Of a stretch of DNA of 64,000 nucleotides, positions 37,591 to 51,700 are shown piece by piece. Position 1 is the first letter of the stretch, and the number at the start of each line of letters is the position of its first letter. The stretch spans positions 10,439,950 to 10,503,949 of the forward strand of contig NC_134026.1 in assembly GCF_964204645.1 (NCBI RefSeq). Reading direction: 5' to 3'. The notes beneath the pieces were generated by a model that was not told the DNA's origin, made no database searches, and worked only from the letters and a program-made list of their open reading frames with translations. A program made the translations under genes and the position numbers. The stretch comes from Tubulanus polymorphus (lineage: Eukaryota; Animalia; Nemertea).

Positions 37591-38210
37591 CAAGAATCTA
37601 TTCCTTCCAAACAACAGAAAATAATGTCGGCTACACCTAGAAAAATTCCTGTTCTCGTGAGGGGTATTCAAAGTCTCCCACATAATTAAAAAATGGTGGT
37701 GCTTTATTGTGTGCCATCCACATAACACGGCTTCAATTTCATTTCATCTATACGATGAGAAACCTATCGACCCCAGTATTGCCAACTGTGTAACCTGCAG
37801 CTTGGAAGGGTTTTGTGCTTCACAGCTATATGTGCTTATGTTTCGAATTAAAATGTTTACCATACCTTTCTTCGAATTATTTGTTGAGGTACAAGGATCA
37901 ATAATACTAAGTGGTATGGGTTGATGAGGAACCGCCGGCACTGCTACAGGGACTCCTTGCAGTAAGATATTTTCGTTTGTGCAATAGTCTTCAAGAAATA
38001 ACCCATTCAGCGAAGAAGCGGTGCATTGCTTATTGAGACTTTGTGGTGGATTAGCTTCTTGTTGGACTTGTGAAAAACTGTGATTTACACTTGTCAATTC
38101 AAAATATTTCAGCTTCTCATGACCAACTACATTACCATCAACCTAGATGAATTACAGAAGGTTACATATCTACGTAAATGTTGAAATCTACTCGTGCTCT
38201 ATGAAGTGTA

Positions 38211-38399
38211 CAGTAGACTTTGCTCAAGTCAGATCCTATGGGACCGCAAAAATGTGTAAGACTTGAGTGATATTCGAGTTGAATGTTAAAAGTATGTTTT
38301 TTATATACAATGTCAAAAAAAAATATTTTAAAAAATATCTCAGTCTAACCATTATCCATTGACCAAGTTGATTGGATCCGACTTGAGTGGAGTCTACTG
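38211..38399. mobile_element. Tc1/mariner-type MITE related to 23518-23687
   Basis: TA-flanked cagtagact..ctcaagtc.gatcc / ggatccgacttgag..agtctactg. Confidence 0.75.
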
Positions 38400-39061
38400 T
38401 AAATAACAATCCCACAATGTAATGATTCGATGAACAAATCCTGATATTTCGGAAAGATTTCTTCTTTCTAGCTTCAGACATCTATTCAACATGATTTAAC
38501 AGTTAAGTGTATATATAGGTAGAGAGTAGAGTAAAATCTAAAAGACAAGACTCCTTGAGCTATAACACCAGGTCCCATTGAAGCCAATGACACCGGCTAA
38601 CTTGAAACACCTCGCAAATAAAAAGATATGTCAATGGTGCACTCTAAACGGCAGCCCAACACACCTCCAGTGGCTGCCCGAAAAAGCAACATTGGAGATG
38701 GCCATAGACCTCACCTGCTGAGAAACCAACTCTTTCCAACACAAACACAAAATTTGCCATCAATAATATGTCCTTTATCAACAAGACCCAGCAGGCCACA
38801 GAGAAATATCACTCTTAAGGAGATCTAATGTAGAAATGGGTTTAAATAATTGCTCGCTTGAACCTCTCTCGGGGCAAAGAATGATCCAAATAACGTAAGC
38901 CTGCACTGGAGTGACAAGGTCCAGTCTGGAAGTCCCCATTCCACTCCCTGGGCTTCTCCATTCACAGCTGACTGACTGAGCCTGGCCGTTGATTCTTAGC
39001 CAAAAAAAGCATGACAGGTTCCTTTGCCCCCCGAATACAATATGGCCTTGTCAAACCAAAA

Positions 39062-40237
39062 GGGGCCGTACATGAAGTACGTATGCTTTTCCCAGTATTT
39101 TCAACCCCCAACCCCATGTTCGGCACTGTACGTTTTCGTATACCCCCCCCTTGCGTACGTACTTCATGATTGACCCCCTCCCTGTAAAAGTGAATTTTTC
39201 AGGATCCATCGTTTAAAATAGGCAAAATTCACCAGTATTCATCGGAGCTCTGACGGCGATGTACGTATTGACGAAGTGAAAGACAGAGTGGGGAATTCCC
39301 CGGAAATCCCAATAAATATAGGGGATATTTGTACACAAGAAATGATTCTTAATAAATTATTTGAAGCCTGCGAAAAAAATGTAGAATTTTTGGGTTAAGC
39401 TAATGTGGAATTGCAAATTTGAAATCGAAGTTTTAAGGAATTTGGGGAATTATGAGATTTGGCGATTGGGTGATAAGTGATACAGGTCTTCGACTGTAGT
39501 AGTGGTTTAATTTTTTTATTGAAAATTGTCATTAATTGATAACTTGTGACCGACTTCATTCACTTTTGCCTGTAAGCTGGTCTGCAACTTCATTGCCTCC
39601 ATGATTGAGGAAAGAGCTCTTCTGATGTCTGCTTCATCATGACTGAAATTCACGCCTGCCCTACACAGATCGTAGATAGCTTTGTCATTCCACCAGCATC
39701 CCCATGTCAGGATCTTACTTTTATATCAGACTTCCAAATCGTGTATACATCCACCATTTTGATCGAATAATCCGATTTACTTTATCATTTCTATTTATGC
39801 CTGCTGCTTCTGATATAGTCATACATCCTTTACTATTATAATTTGTCTGCTACTGATATTCAATGCAATATAACAATTCGACATTCAAGTAGAGCTCATT
39901 ATATAATCACAGGAAGCCTTTCTACATCTTTATCAATAATGTTTTGCCAAATAGCTTATATGTGTACACATAGACCTGTGACGTTTTGCACATCAATTTA
40001 CGGTTGTTGTTTGTAAAATGACGCTGAATGGTTAACATTGTTTAGGTTTCATAATGGTAACGTTTTATAAGGCGTAAAAAAATAACTCATTGTGTTTCGT
40101 ATACAAATTACGTATTATCAACATTAGCCCTCTACCTTGGAACAGTATGTACGCTTTGAGCTCACCCCTCCCCTCCCCTTTACGTTTTTGAGCTCTCCCC
40201 TCACCTCCTACATGCGTACATACTTTATGCACGGCCC
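39062..40237. mobile_element. Non-autonomous TIR element (Harbinger-like)
   Basis: gggccgtacatgaagtacgtatgc / gcgtacatactttatgcacggccc. Confidence 0.55.
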
Positions 40238-42711
40238 TAAAGTGGGTTTCAGAAGGATGGGCTATATAAGCTAAGAATAATAAAAATACCAAGAATATCC
40301 TCTTTATCGCCAAATTCAAAATGGATAGGACAGAAAGAGGTTCAAACGGAGCCTCCATTAACTGTCATGTCCCCAAATCCAGACACACCCAGAGTATGAG
40401 CAATAACAAAGCGGTAACCTTAAGTTGCCTTAAGCAGTTGATCCCTCCCATGCGCTGGTTTCAGTCCAGGCTTTCTTTCATTGCTGCTTTCAGTCCAGGA
40501 TATTCAAATCGCTTGTTTCAGTCCAAGATAGTTTAATCACTGGTTTCAGTCCAAGATATTTCAATCGCTGGGTTCATTCAGTCCAGTATATTTTGATTGC
40601 TGGTTTCAGTCCAGAACGAAAAGGAATATAATTTGAGTTGGAGTGGTTTTCAGTTTTCGCTACTGTCAGTAATATAATATTTCACTGTTCTTTTTTCGCA
40701 ACAGAGCATTTGGAATTTTTGGGATGGATTCAACCGTACTAAGTTTTGTAATTGGTTTTATAACGTAAATTGGAATTCTACAACCTAATTTAGTTTTTTC
40801 CTTCTTTTGCCACTCCGACAGTTCTCATATGCTGGTCATTGCTCACGCATCAATGCTTACGCCCTGGCTGTACTCATGCGCGACAATCCACCATTGTCAC
40901 GCATACTACTCCACCCATTATAATTTTACACATTATTTCAATGCCCCAGGTGATTCCTGGATTGATAGAATGCCGGTAGCCCATTGGCTCATTTATTCCT
41001 TTTAACTCGGTCCCACTTGCAGTATTCATACTTCAGAATGGCGTTCCTCAGGAAGAAACATACCCTTCGCTGGTCGGAATCTGTTTCCACTGATTGAGGC
41101 AGTTAGAGACACGTCATCTCTCTCTGTTCCTCTGGCAAGAATACCGGCGAAGGAGCCAGAAAAGTTTAAAGACTGCGAAATTGAAGGAATAATTATGTCA
41201 ATTACAGGCTAAAAAAGCATGCGAGTTATCACAGATGGCGGAGAAAAGATGTTACTCTCCAAAATAAAAGAGTTCTCCACCACAGTGTGTTTCAAGCAAT
41301 CGTAATTCAGGCCCCCAGAGGCCATGATCTGTTAGATAGATAACACCCAGGTAATAAATACATCATCTTACGTGTCCTCAATATGATGTGACAACATTGA
41401 TTCATGTTTTAATGCAATAACAAACTTGATTTTGCAAACTTGATTAATCTTATCTGTTAAACAGATAATGGTCAACTATATATAATCTGGTGGTTTCCTT
41501 ATCTTTTCTTAGCTCAATCGTAGATATGGTGATGGTCCTCAAATGGGGAACTTCCTGTCTGGATATTGGAAAATCAAAGAAACTGAAGAACGAAGAGACG
41601 GTCGAAGAGGTAATGTTAACAATCTTTTCTTATACAATTTCATTAGGTGTTTTCATTGTATAATCTGCGTATATGCTTATTCAATTTTGCAGTCGGATGG
41701 CCATTCTAACGGTGGGAACGAGGGAAAGGTATGATTAGTCTGCCTTCCAATAATGGATATCCAAATACACCCAAGGTGGGTCTCATTTAGTATACTATTC
41801 CAGCTGTTAACTCTAGTTGGCATTGTGCCCCATTTTTTGCGCAAAAGGAAACCCGTCCCCTGGTTACATTAACAGCATATGTAATTTTGATTAACTTAAA
41901 ATCCACTTGATTAATAATTTCCCCCGATTACTCTTCCTACTGTTTCCAGGGAATCAAGTATTATTTGGACTCCCGTGGTACTTTATCATTGGATCCCGGT
42001 GCCTGCCTGATTCCATATGACATTTACTAACCGCATTAGATGCAACCTCGTGAATTTCAACGATAATTGTCTTCACGGTCACCTTTTATCTGTGATTGTT
42101 AACGTAGTTAGTTGTTTTTGTTGAAGCCGGGAAGTCTAAAAAGCCTGATGGACCGCTTAGATTATTTGGAACAAGGGGGCTCGCGTGAACGTGTGGATGC
42201 TGCGCTCGGACAAATTAGAAGCCTAGGGTACCAGTGCGTCCTCTTGGCTACCTTGGAGAACCTCCCTTCTATTGCTAGGGAAGAATCGCATAAGGGCGCT
42301 GGCCTTTATGCTGCAGTTTTCGCCAAACTGAGAACAAATCTCAGCGCCTTTGTTTTGGCTACAATGGGGGGATCCGATACTGGGAAGGTTATGAAAATCG
42401 CACAAGAGCATCAACAAGAGAAGGATATCCCCGGTACCCGCTCTTTGGGCTTAACCCCGCTTTTCACCCTTACCCCGGTACTGGTTCTGCTAATTCTCAT
42501 AGCAGGGGTTACCAAACGTTTAATTCTTGTCTTTACTGTCATTTTTGTGGAGAAATTGTGATAAAATGAACAAGAAACGAAATTCTTAACATGGACTTTC
42601 CTAAATTTATATGATGGTGAGTCTTTATCAAAATTAAATGACCCCGGTCCCGGTCATTACCGAATGTCATGGTGTGGTAATTCTCGTAGCAGGGGTTACC
42701 AAACCGTTTAA

Positions 42712-44932
42712 CCCTAAGATACCACAAGTATCATATATGATACGTCCATTTTGCCAAAAAAACTATCTATGAATAAGATATGTTGTATCATTCCTGATAC
42801 AGATACATGCTTCCCTCTATCTAGTCATTTGTGAGCTAAATCCAAAATGGTAACTTTCTGTCTGCTTGAATGATCATAAGATAAAGTCAAAAGTTTTCAG
42901 TCACACATACATATAAATCTAAGCATTATTTCAATCAATAAAAGTATGGAGAATACTAGGAAATGATGTATTGTATATTGCAACGATTTACAACTGAGTA
43001 CAGGTGAATCATAACATGTTGTATCAGATATGATACAGTCGGTATATCTGTCAACAATTTTCAAAAATATAGATTGATTTTTGAAATGGATTGTTTATTT
43101 CAAGACATTCTACTATCGCATCTATTGTAATAAAATCAGTTTTGACGAACTTGATTCAATTTTGGACATTCTTTCTTTAGTAGTACAACAGCAGAATGCG
43201 ACCTAGTGTGCTAACATTAGATGATGTTTTGGGTATGGTGAATGAAGATGACAGTGATTTAGATAATCTACATGATGACAGTGAGAACGAAGATGAAATA
43301 TACAACGAAGAATCCGATACCGTTGATGATCAAGATGATGATACAAGTGATTCAAATGACCCCGAGCAAATGGGATAATGAAGATAATATTCCTCTACGA
43401 GAATTACCAGACAATCAACTCACTCCGACGGCGCAATATTCGTGGAAAGCAAAGAATTTCCATCCACCAGAAAATATAGAGTTCCTTGGTAATGCAGATG
43501 TGATACAGTTGGTGGAGACAGCCTGTGGTGCAGAAGTTATGCCATTTAAACTTTTTAAAGTGATGGTCAGTGATGAAATGTTGCAGTCAGCAGTAGATGA
43601 AACAAATCGGTATTCTGTTGAAAAAAATGGCCGTTCAGTCAATATGACGCCACAAGAGTTTGAGCAGATGCTTGGTTTATATTTGTACATGGGTCTCGCA
43701 AAAATGCCCAACTTCCGTTCCTATTGGGAAAGGGAAATTAATTTTGCATCAATCAGTCAAACAATGCCATGTTTTATGAAGCTGTTTTCCGTCCTTCATT
43801 TCTGCGACAACCATGTTGATGATGAAGTCAAATCAGATAAGCTATGGAAATTGAGACCCTGGTTTGCGGCGTTACGTGATAATTGTCTGAAAGTTCCACC
43901 ACTCGAACATCAGTCCGTGGATGAAATTATCATCGCCTTCAAAGGTCGATCCTCTCTACGCGTGTATATGCCTAACAAGCCACATAAGTGGGGATTCAAA
44001 TTATGGGGCAGAAGTAGCGTTGACGGATTCATCCACGACTTTGATCTCTACAAGGGTGCTGGTGACAATTCAGGTACAGACCTTGGTCAGTCTGCAGCAG
44101 TGGTTGTTAAATTATGTGAAAGTCTAGAGTCAGATACAAAGTGTTTGCCGATAATTATTTTAGTTCAGTACCATTGGTTGAGAAGCTGAAAAAACGCAAG
44201 ATTTGGTATAGTGGTACCGTCCGGATGAACCGCGTTACTAGATGTAGTCTAATGGATGACAAAGATATGAAAAAAGAAAGTCGTGGACATTACGTTTACA
44301 AGGTTGAAGAAAAGACTAACACAATCTGTCTGCGATGGTGAGATAATCGTGTGGTGAGTCTAGTTTCTTCTTATGCTGGACATCTCCCGATGCAAGATGC
44401 ACGCAGATGGAACAAGACAGAAAAACGTTATGAAAATATTCCTCGTCCACATATCGTTAGCGAGTACAACCGATTTATGGGAGGAATAGATCTCCTCAAT
44501 ATGTGTTCTTCACTCCACAAGTATCGAATCCGATCCAGGCGATGGTATCAGTATATCTTTTGGCATACTGTTTCAATTGCATTGGTCAACTCATGGATCT
44601 TATATCGTCGGTACCATGGGCAGTAAGCTGATGTCAGAACGAAAACCATGCCTTTGAGAAAATTCCAGGCTATGTGTGCCCATTCCCTTACTTGCGCAGG
44701 TGTTGCCAAGAAGCGTGGTAGACCGTCACATGAAGACAGAAATGCAGCGACCCCACCACCAAGAAAAAGAGTTGTAGTAGTCAATCCAGACATACAGAAG
44801 GACAACTATGATCATTTCCCCATCATTGATCCGAAGAGACAAAGATGTAAAAGATGTCCTACATCATTTTCTTACGTGAAATGCTCCAAATGGTCCAATC
44901 TCTTTTTATATCTAAAAGAGACGCGTTTATAA
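42712..44932 (+). mobile_element. piggyBac transposon with a degraded transposase (43196-44932); right TIR not found
   Basis: TTAA-CCC left end and gtatca..tgatac subterminal palindromes. Acidic N-terminus, then motifs SVDE, YMPNKPHKWGFK, ADNYFSS, YNRFMGGID and a Cys-rich C-terminus RQRCKRC..VKC. Several frameshifts and stops. Confidence 0.92.
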
Positions 44933-45744
44933 AATTTTGTCTCTGCCGAGTACGTCCTGGCTCAGTACCGTCCTCACTCAGTACCGCAAACAACTATAAT
45001 TTTCTTTAATATTTTGTCTGATATTCGAATGCTGATACCGCTTTCAACTACATGAGACTTCATGAGACTGTAGCAGTAAATATAAACAGTAAAGATAAGT
45101 TGATGTTGAGCCTCTAGGCCTAGTTCTATAGGTTCTAATCAACAACAAGCTTACCGGTGCTTTTCACAGTACTCCATTATAAAAGCTTCATGCCAATGAT
45201 TAGTGACCAACTACTCTAAGTGTAGGCCTAATATTAGTATGAATTTCATTTCAAGAATAAGATGTTGGAAACAATAGCTCGTTTTTGAGTGAACCATCGG
45301 CTTATTTTCATTTTAGTATTTCAGGTAGGCCCCTTATGAGGTGTACAACAGTTATTAGTGAGTAAATTGCATCCAACATCTTTCCATTTGAAATGAAATT
45401 AGTATCAGGGCCGTCGGAAGTAATTTATGATTGATACAACCTTTTTCACAAGGTTGGAGCCGTGGAGGTGTCACCAGCAAGCACAAAACACCACACCAGA
45501 GTCTTCCATCCGCCTGCGAAAATTTTTAGAATTAGATGCTCGTAGAATTATTTCCCGGCATACAATTCTGCCGATGTTGAGGGAGAATGTCTTTTTTGAG
45601 TGGTTAATTGGAAATTACGTACTTGTGTGAAACTAGTTTTGGAAGTTATTGGTCCAACATGGTCATTCCTGCCCCATCGGCTCCGAGTACACCTGTAATG
45701 ATAAAAGCCTAGGCCTGCACTCATATCTTTGCTTTTCTCCTAAG

Positions 45745-48050
45745 CTAGAGCCGTTACAAAATCATTTGAAGAGCTGATCGGAATAACAAAATGTGAAAGT
45801 GCGTCATGCCAAGGACGGCCTCATTGGCATTGTCCACTGAATGCACCAAATGTCATAAAACCCATCATAAGATCGTCCCACCTCACACGACACATGATGG
45901 TGCATTGGAAATCCTAGATTTATGACACGAAACAAGGTCTAAATATCAGCAATTAATTTTTCTGTCGTTTGGTTGCTAAAGTTTTGAAATTATTTCTTGC
46001 AGATTGTTGTAGTGTCATATGCCACTTGGAACAGGCCGATATTCCATCAAAATTTGCTACTTCCATTGCTCCTCGTGTCAGTATGTTACACCGAAGAAGT
46101 CGAGGTTGATTGATCATTTAACCCTTAGGGTGTAAACCTATGAAAAAATCCACAGAGAAAGGGGAAAGTAAGAGGGTAGAGTGTCAAGTCTGTTCCAAAA
46201 GTGTCTTAACAGGTTACATCAAAGAGCACTTGGAAAGGCATGACCGAGTGAAAGTTTCACTTCACCACTGTGTTGCAGTTGATCGAAAATATGGAATTTT
46301 AACTGTCGAAAAATCAAAAAGATGGACTTACCATCCAGTACATGTCACTAAGGTGACCGCTACCAATGGCATTAGTCTTTGTGACAATGACCAATGTAAT
46401 AAAGTGAAAGAAGTGGCCTACAGGAGTGGAGATTTGAGCTACGAATGTATCCTTCTACGATCTGTTTGTGAACCGGTTGATGGTATATACCCTGAGTTAA
46501 AGATGACAACACTCTCAACCATGCATGGAAATGGATGGATAACCTATGAATGATTGGAAGAATGTTTGAATTTAAAAGAAACTATTGTTACCAGCCCAAT
46601 TGTTGTGATCCTTCCCTCTCCAAAAATGTCATCCAAGAGATACGTTTATATGTCGGTTTTTACTGGTAAAAACCATTATTATTGCCGTTTGGGACATGTT
46701 ATAGTATGTTAAAATCAGCAGGAACATGTGATGCATTGTGCATGCATAAAGTCAAGTCGTCACTGCATACATGAAGTCCTCAGAAAATTAGCTCTTTTTG
46801 AAAGAGATCCAGGGTTATTTGAAACTTCTGTTGAAATTGTCATTCCTGAGTCTCAAAAATGTTGCGAACAGGAACCACAAATGGACACTTCAAATTCTGC
46901 TATCCTTTACCTCAGAAAGTGAATTCCAGTGACTATTCCGAAGGATAAGCTAGAAAAGGATTTCAAAGAACCATTTCCTGTTATTCCATATGAAGAGAGT
47001 TGTATTTGTGGCGTTCCCCTTGCAAAACCAGTATTGATTACCCTCACAAGAGTAATTAAAGGTACCACTTTTTCTTTTCCATGGGCATGCAGAAAATGAT
47101 TATTGAATAGTATCTAATTTTCAGTCATTTATGCATTTTCAGATACTGCAGTTTTGTTTGTATCACAATAGACAATATGTTTTTCAATTTAAATATTTAG
47201 GTATACATTCCTACAGTATGTCCTACATGTTAGATGGTGTACAGGTATCAGCAATGGGAGAATGGATTTCATAATTATCATAATCTAACATTCATTATTG
47301 TCTGTTTGCAATATGATCTGTGCTGGGCATGGTAAATATGATTCTCTGTAAACTCCTTTAATGACTACCCCTGTAAATGAATGCTTATAAAAATTAATTG
47401 CATATACTTATACTTGCAGAGCCATACAACCATTGGTCGAACAATTGAAATGCTTTGTCAAATGTAAGCAGATACGCTTCCAGAACGAGATATCTATAAT
47501 GCATATCTTCATTATGAATCCTTTGTAGATCACAAATATCAATTCAGTTGTGTTCAGTGTGGTTACCATCCAAAAGTTATGATTTTTGATACTTTTAGAA
47601 AAGCATCATTCCAGTTTTCTGGTAAGTTGAATCCAATTTAACAAATAAACATAAATTCTATAAGGCATGTATGGTGATAGGTTGGATGGCAAGTCAAAGT
47701 CCTTGAATCAGTGATGGATCAGTGAAAAAGTTATCTTTAGTTCATTACATGAATTGAGTGGTTAAAATCCATAATGCTCAGGGTCTTTGAAACGCTTAAT
47801 AACTTATTGTTCTTTTCAGGGAGGTTTTGAGCTTTTAATCAAATGCAATTATTAATTTTGGATTATTGTTGAGAACTAAAATTTTATCGTGAAACCTTCT
47901 AGAAAAATTTCTAAAAGAAGAACTTTTGGAAAAGAAGTTTAGGTGGACATTGCAATTTTGAACCAATGAACAAAATATCTTTTTTGTGGTATATTTTTTT
48001 TAAGAGTCTGATTTGAAAGCACCAGCTGATGATGAAGTTTCTGACACTGT
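45745..48050 (+). pseudogene. 5' part of a degraded intron-containing KDZ/Zisupton (HMGXB3-like CxC) transposase gene
   Basis: Exon-like pieces encode CQVC..HLERH, HCACIKSSRHCIH, YRYQQWENGFHN and AYLHYESFVDHKYQFSCVQCGYHPKVMIFD, with GT-AG boundaries and stops. Confidence 0.65.
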
Positions 48051-48758
48051 CAACGAGAAAATTTTAGAAATTAAATGAGTTTTCCGAGCACTTAGAGCGA
48101 TCTTGAACCTATGAACGACTATTATATTTTGGAAGGTAACAGCTTGTTCCAATGTGGTACATCCTCATTCGATGACATTCAGTATCTCATGCATTACGGG
48201 TCGAGCCCTGAATTATTGCGGTTAAAATGCGCCGATGAATGCCCACTAAAAATCATCACCCAGTAGTGTATAATATCTGAAGGCGTTCACCACACACGAT
48301 TACTACTGTTGTAAATTGAAGTCCGGTTTGCTGCTATAGAATTTTATTGTAGTCGAGTTTAGCTTTAGTACTGTAGGATTTGTAACCCTTCATTGAACCT
48401 CTCCATGCTTTGTTGTTACTAAGTCTAGTACATTATATATACAGTATATATTGAATATCTCACAGTTGAGCATTGGTCATTTTCGTAGAAACTTGCTCGA
48501 GGAGCTACAGTAATTGTAAGTAACGAATTTTTAGATTTGCTGTGGGTTAGTTTTCTTTGCATAAATTGAATTGATTACTTATATATATATTTTCATATTT
48601 GTAGCAAACCAGCATTATATGGCATAGTGCAGCATCGTTAGTTGCTAAAATAAACACGCTGAGTTTGAAATGTAGCTGTGCTTTCGTGTTCAATAGATTT
48701 TCGAGGATTCGTTTCGTCGATTTAGAACATTATAGTTTGAATTACTCGAAAGCTCATC

Positions 48759-51700
48759 ATGACCGATAACGAAGATTCAAATACTAGTAAAAGTAAGTCG
48801 TTGAAAGCCACTCGTACAAGTCTCGCTGGTTGGCTTACTCGTGCTATTGATGCTGCGGATTCAGTTCGCATATCGGCGGCTGTTGAACCGGCAAAGCAAC
48901 GTATCACTGGATGTTTGCAAAATCTGCAAACTGCTCACGACAAGTTCATGTCTGTACTCGAGAATGAAGAAGAAATCGAAACCGCTGGGCGTTGGATGGA
49001 GTGTTATTTCGATAAAGCTATGGTTGCTTTAGAAAGGTTAGACAATTTTGCTAAAAGAGACTCGTCTCTTGATCCGAATGCACCCGTTTTCCAAGCGTCG
49101 TCTACATCTTCCGTGTCGCATCCAGTTGCAGAGGATCTTTCAGAGAATGTCGTGACGAATGCTGTAAACAACTCGTCGCTTAGGACCATTGATGCGTGGA
49201 TCGATGATTTGGTCGAAGGAGTCGAATTTATAGTAAATGTGGAATCATCAACCTCCCTGGAAGAAGCCGTTATCAAGATGGAGATTGATCGAGATTTACC
49301 GAAAGTTGGTCTCCCGATGTTCGACGGTTCACCACTTGTATGGCCAAGGTTCATTGAGCAGTTTTATGTGCAAGTACATAATCGTCCCGGGATCAAAGAT
49401 TCCAGACGTCAAGACCTTCTGCAGTCGCATGTGAAAGGTGAGGCCAGAGAGCTCATTCAAGGTCTTGGGTTTAGTGGTTGTAATTATGCACGCTCCCTTA
49501 AGGAGCTAAAGTTTGTGTTTGGACACAGAGTACACGTAGCTAGGGCTTATGTCCCAAACCAGAGTTGGACATAGAACTTATCAAATCGAGGACAAGACGG
49601 CTACAATCATAAAAGGTCTAATGCACTTTATTTCCGAATGTGTGAAACGCACAGGTTACAGATACACAGTGAATACGAGCGAGTGGTTAACTGAAAAATA
49701 CACAATTAAACCCTAAAAATTTGATAAATAATAATTCAAATTACGGAGAAAAAAAACCTCGATAAATACAATAAATGGTTGACATTTAGAAATGTATAAT
49801 TTTAACTTACAACTCTTTTTAGTTGTAGAGAGCCTATGTCTTTCCTCTATCAGAATACTGTGGCGAATGCCCAGAAGTACTGTTGTACAGAGCAAACGTA
49901 AAGGAAAATTAAACCACCCATGAAACAGCTTACCTACACTGCACAATATCAGTTTATATGAATTCAAACCACACAAAACAGCTCACCAACACTACATAAT
50001 ACCAGATTAATATGAATTCAAACCACACAAAACAGCTTACCAATACTACCTAACAACAACATACTAACATAAAGCACGCAAAATAAAGACCAAAAAAATA
50101 ATAAACTAAATTCACTGAAACTTAACAGACCTGAAAGAAAAACTGTTGCCAGTGGGCAACAGCTTATATTGAATCAATTACGAACGGTCCACCCACAAAT
50201 TCATATGATTCAATATCATTACGTTCCTTTTACATTAGTGTGAGAGATTGCTTAATTACTCTAAAACAAATGAATTATCTTTCTGAAATTGGCAGTAGTG
50301 ATTAATTACAGAAAGTTGTAAAACGTATCCCGATTGACAAGCGTTCAAAATGGAACGAATTCGTTAGACGTATATCTCGACAACGAGATCCTACATTGTT
50401 TGATCTAGAAAGTTGGCTCAAAGATTGTGTTGACGCTGACTTCGGTCCATTTTCATTACAACAAAATAGGTTGAAATTGAAACGTAATAATTTTTCTAGT
50501 AATGCTTTAGGATCACGGAAAATCAATGTGAATAATTCCACGAAACAGATGTCTAGCAGTTGCGTGTCAGGTGGGAAAATATTTGAATGTGTTATTTGTT
50601 CAGGTAGTCATTCTGTGAGTAATTGTGGAGATTTCATTGATAAATCGGTAGATGAAAGATTTGCTCTAGTCAAGAGATTACGTTCGTGTATTAATTGTTT
50701 GTCACCTGGTCATTTCAGTGCGACTTGCAAATCTCTTTCTTGCTGTAAAGAACCAGGGTGTGGCAAGAGACATCATACACTGCTTCATGTTAAACGTAAA
50801 ATCAAAATTAATGATATTGAACAAAAGAATCAAACTCAGAATCTAGACACTTGTAATAGTGAATCGCAAGCCAGTAGTAGTCAAGGTGTAGCACCTAGCG
50901 CAATAGAACGCAATATAGTTCTTGGTCTCGATAGTAATTGTTCTGACGTGTTTTTTTAGGTTTTGCCGATTGTGGTTCAGGGTGCTAACGGAAGACGTAT
51001 ATCGACGTATGGTCTGCTGGATTCTGGGAGTGACGTGACATTAATCCGTGAAGATCTGGCTATTGATTTAGGGTTGTCTGGTAAAAAACAAGTATTGACT
51101 ATCAACACACTTCACTCAAGCGATGCACAGTTATCTCGCCGTGTTTCCTTTACCGTTCGAAGCAATGATCCTTTGTCAGAAATCATTCATGTGTCCCAAG
51201 CATGGACTACATCTGGTAATATCAGTTGTCCACTTCAGAAATATAATGAATTTTCTCCTCATAAGTTGAAACATTTAGAGGGTCTGCGATTTCCTGATAC
51301 ATTCCCACGTCAGGTTAAAGTACTTTTGGGTGCAAATGTACCTAGAGCACATATACAATTAGAGGTAAGGGAAGGGACATCAAATCAGCCCTTAGCTATT
51401 CGGACTAGATTAGGGTGGTGTTTGTTTGGGAACATGTCAAATGACTTGTGCGATGTTCACGTCCGTTCAATTGTTTCGGAATGCTCTCTTGTTGATGAAA
51501 ATTCACTCTCACGACAAATTGAGAACTTTTGGTCAACAGAATCCTTTGGTGTAACTTACCCTGATAAGATTGGATCGGTTGAAGATCAAAGAGCTCTTAA
51601 AATTCTTGAAGAAACAACCCAACTTGTGGGTGATCATTATCAAGTAGGTATGCTATGGAGAGATGAAAATAGTGTTTTACCAAATAACTTTCCATTAGCT

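Noticed and set aside
46118-46135. ttaacccttagggtgtaa as the piggyBac right end
   Set aside because: It does not match the left TIR beyond a few bases and lies inside KDZ-like coding sequence.
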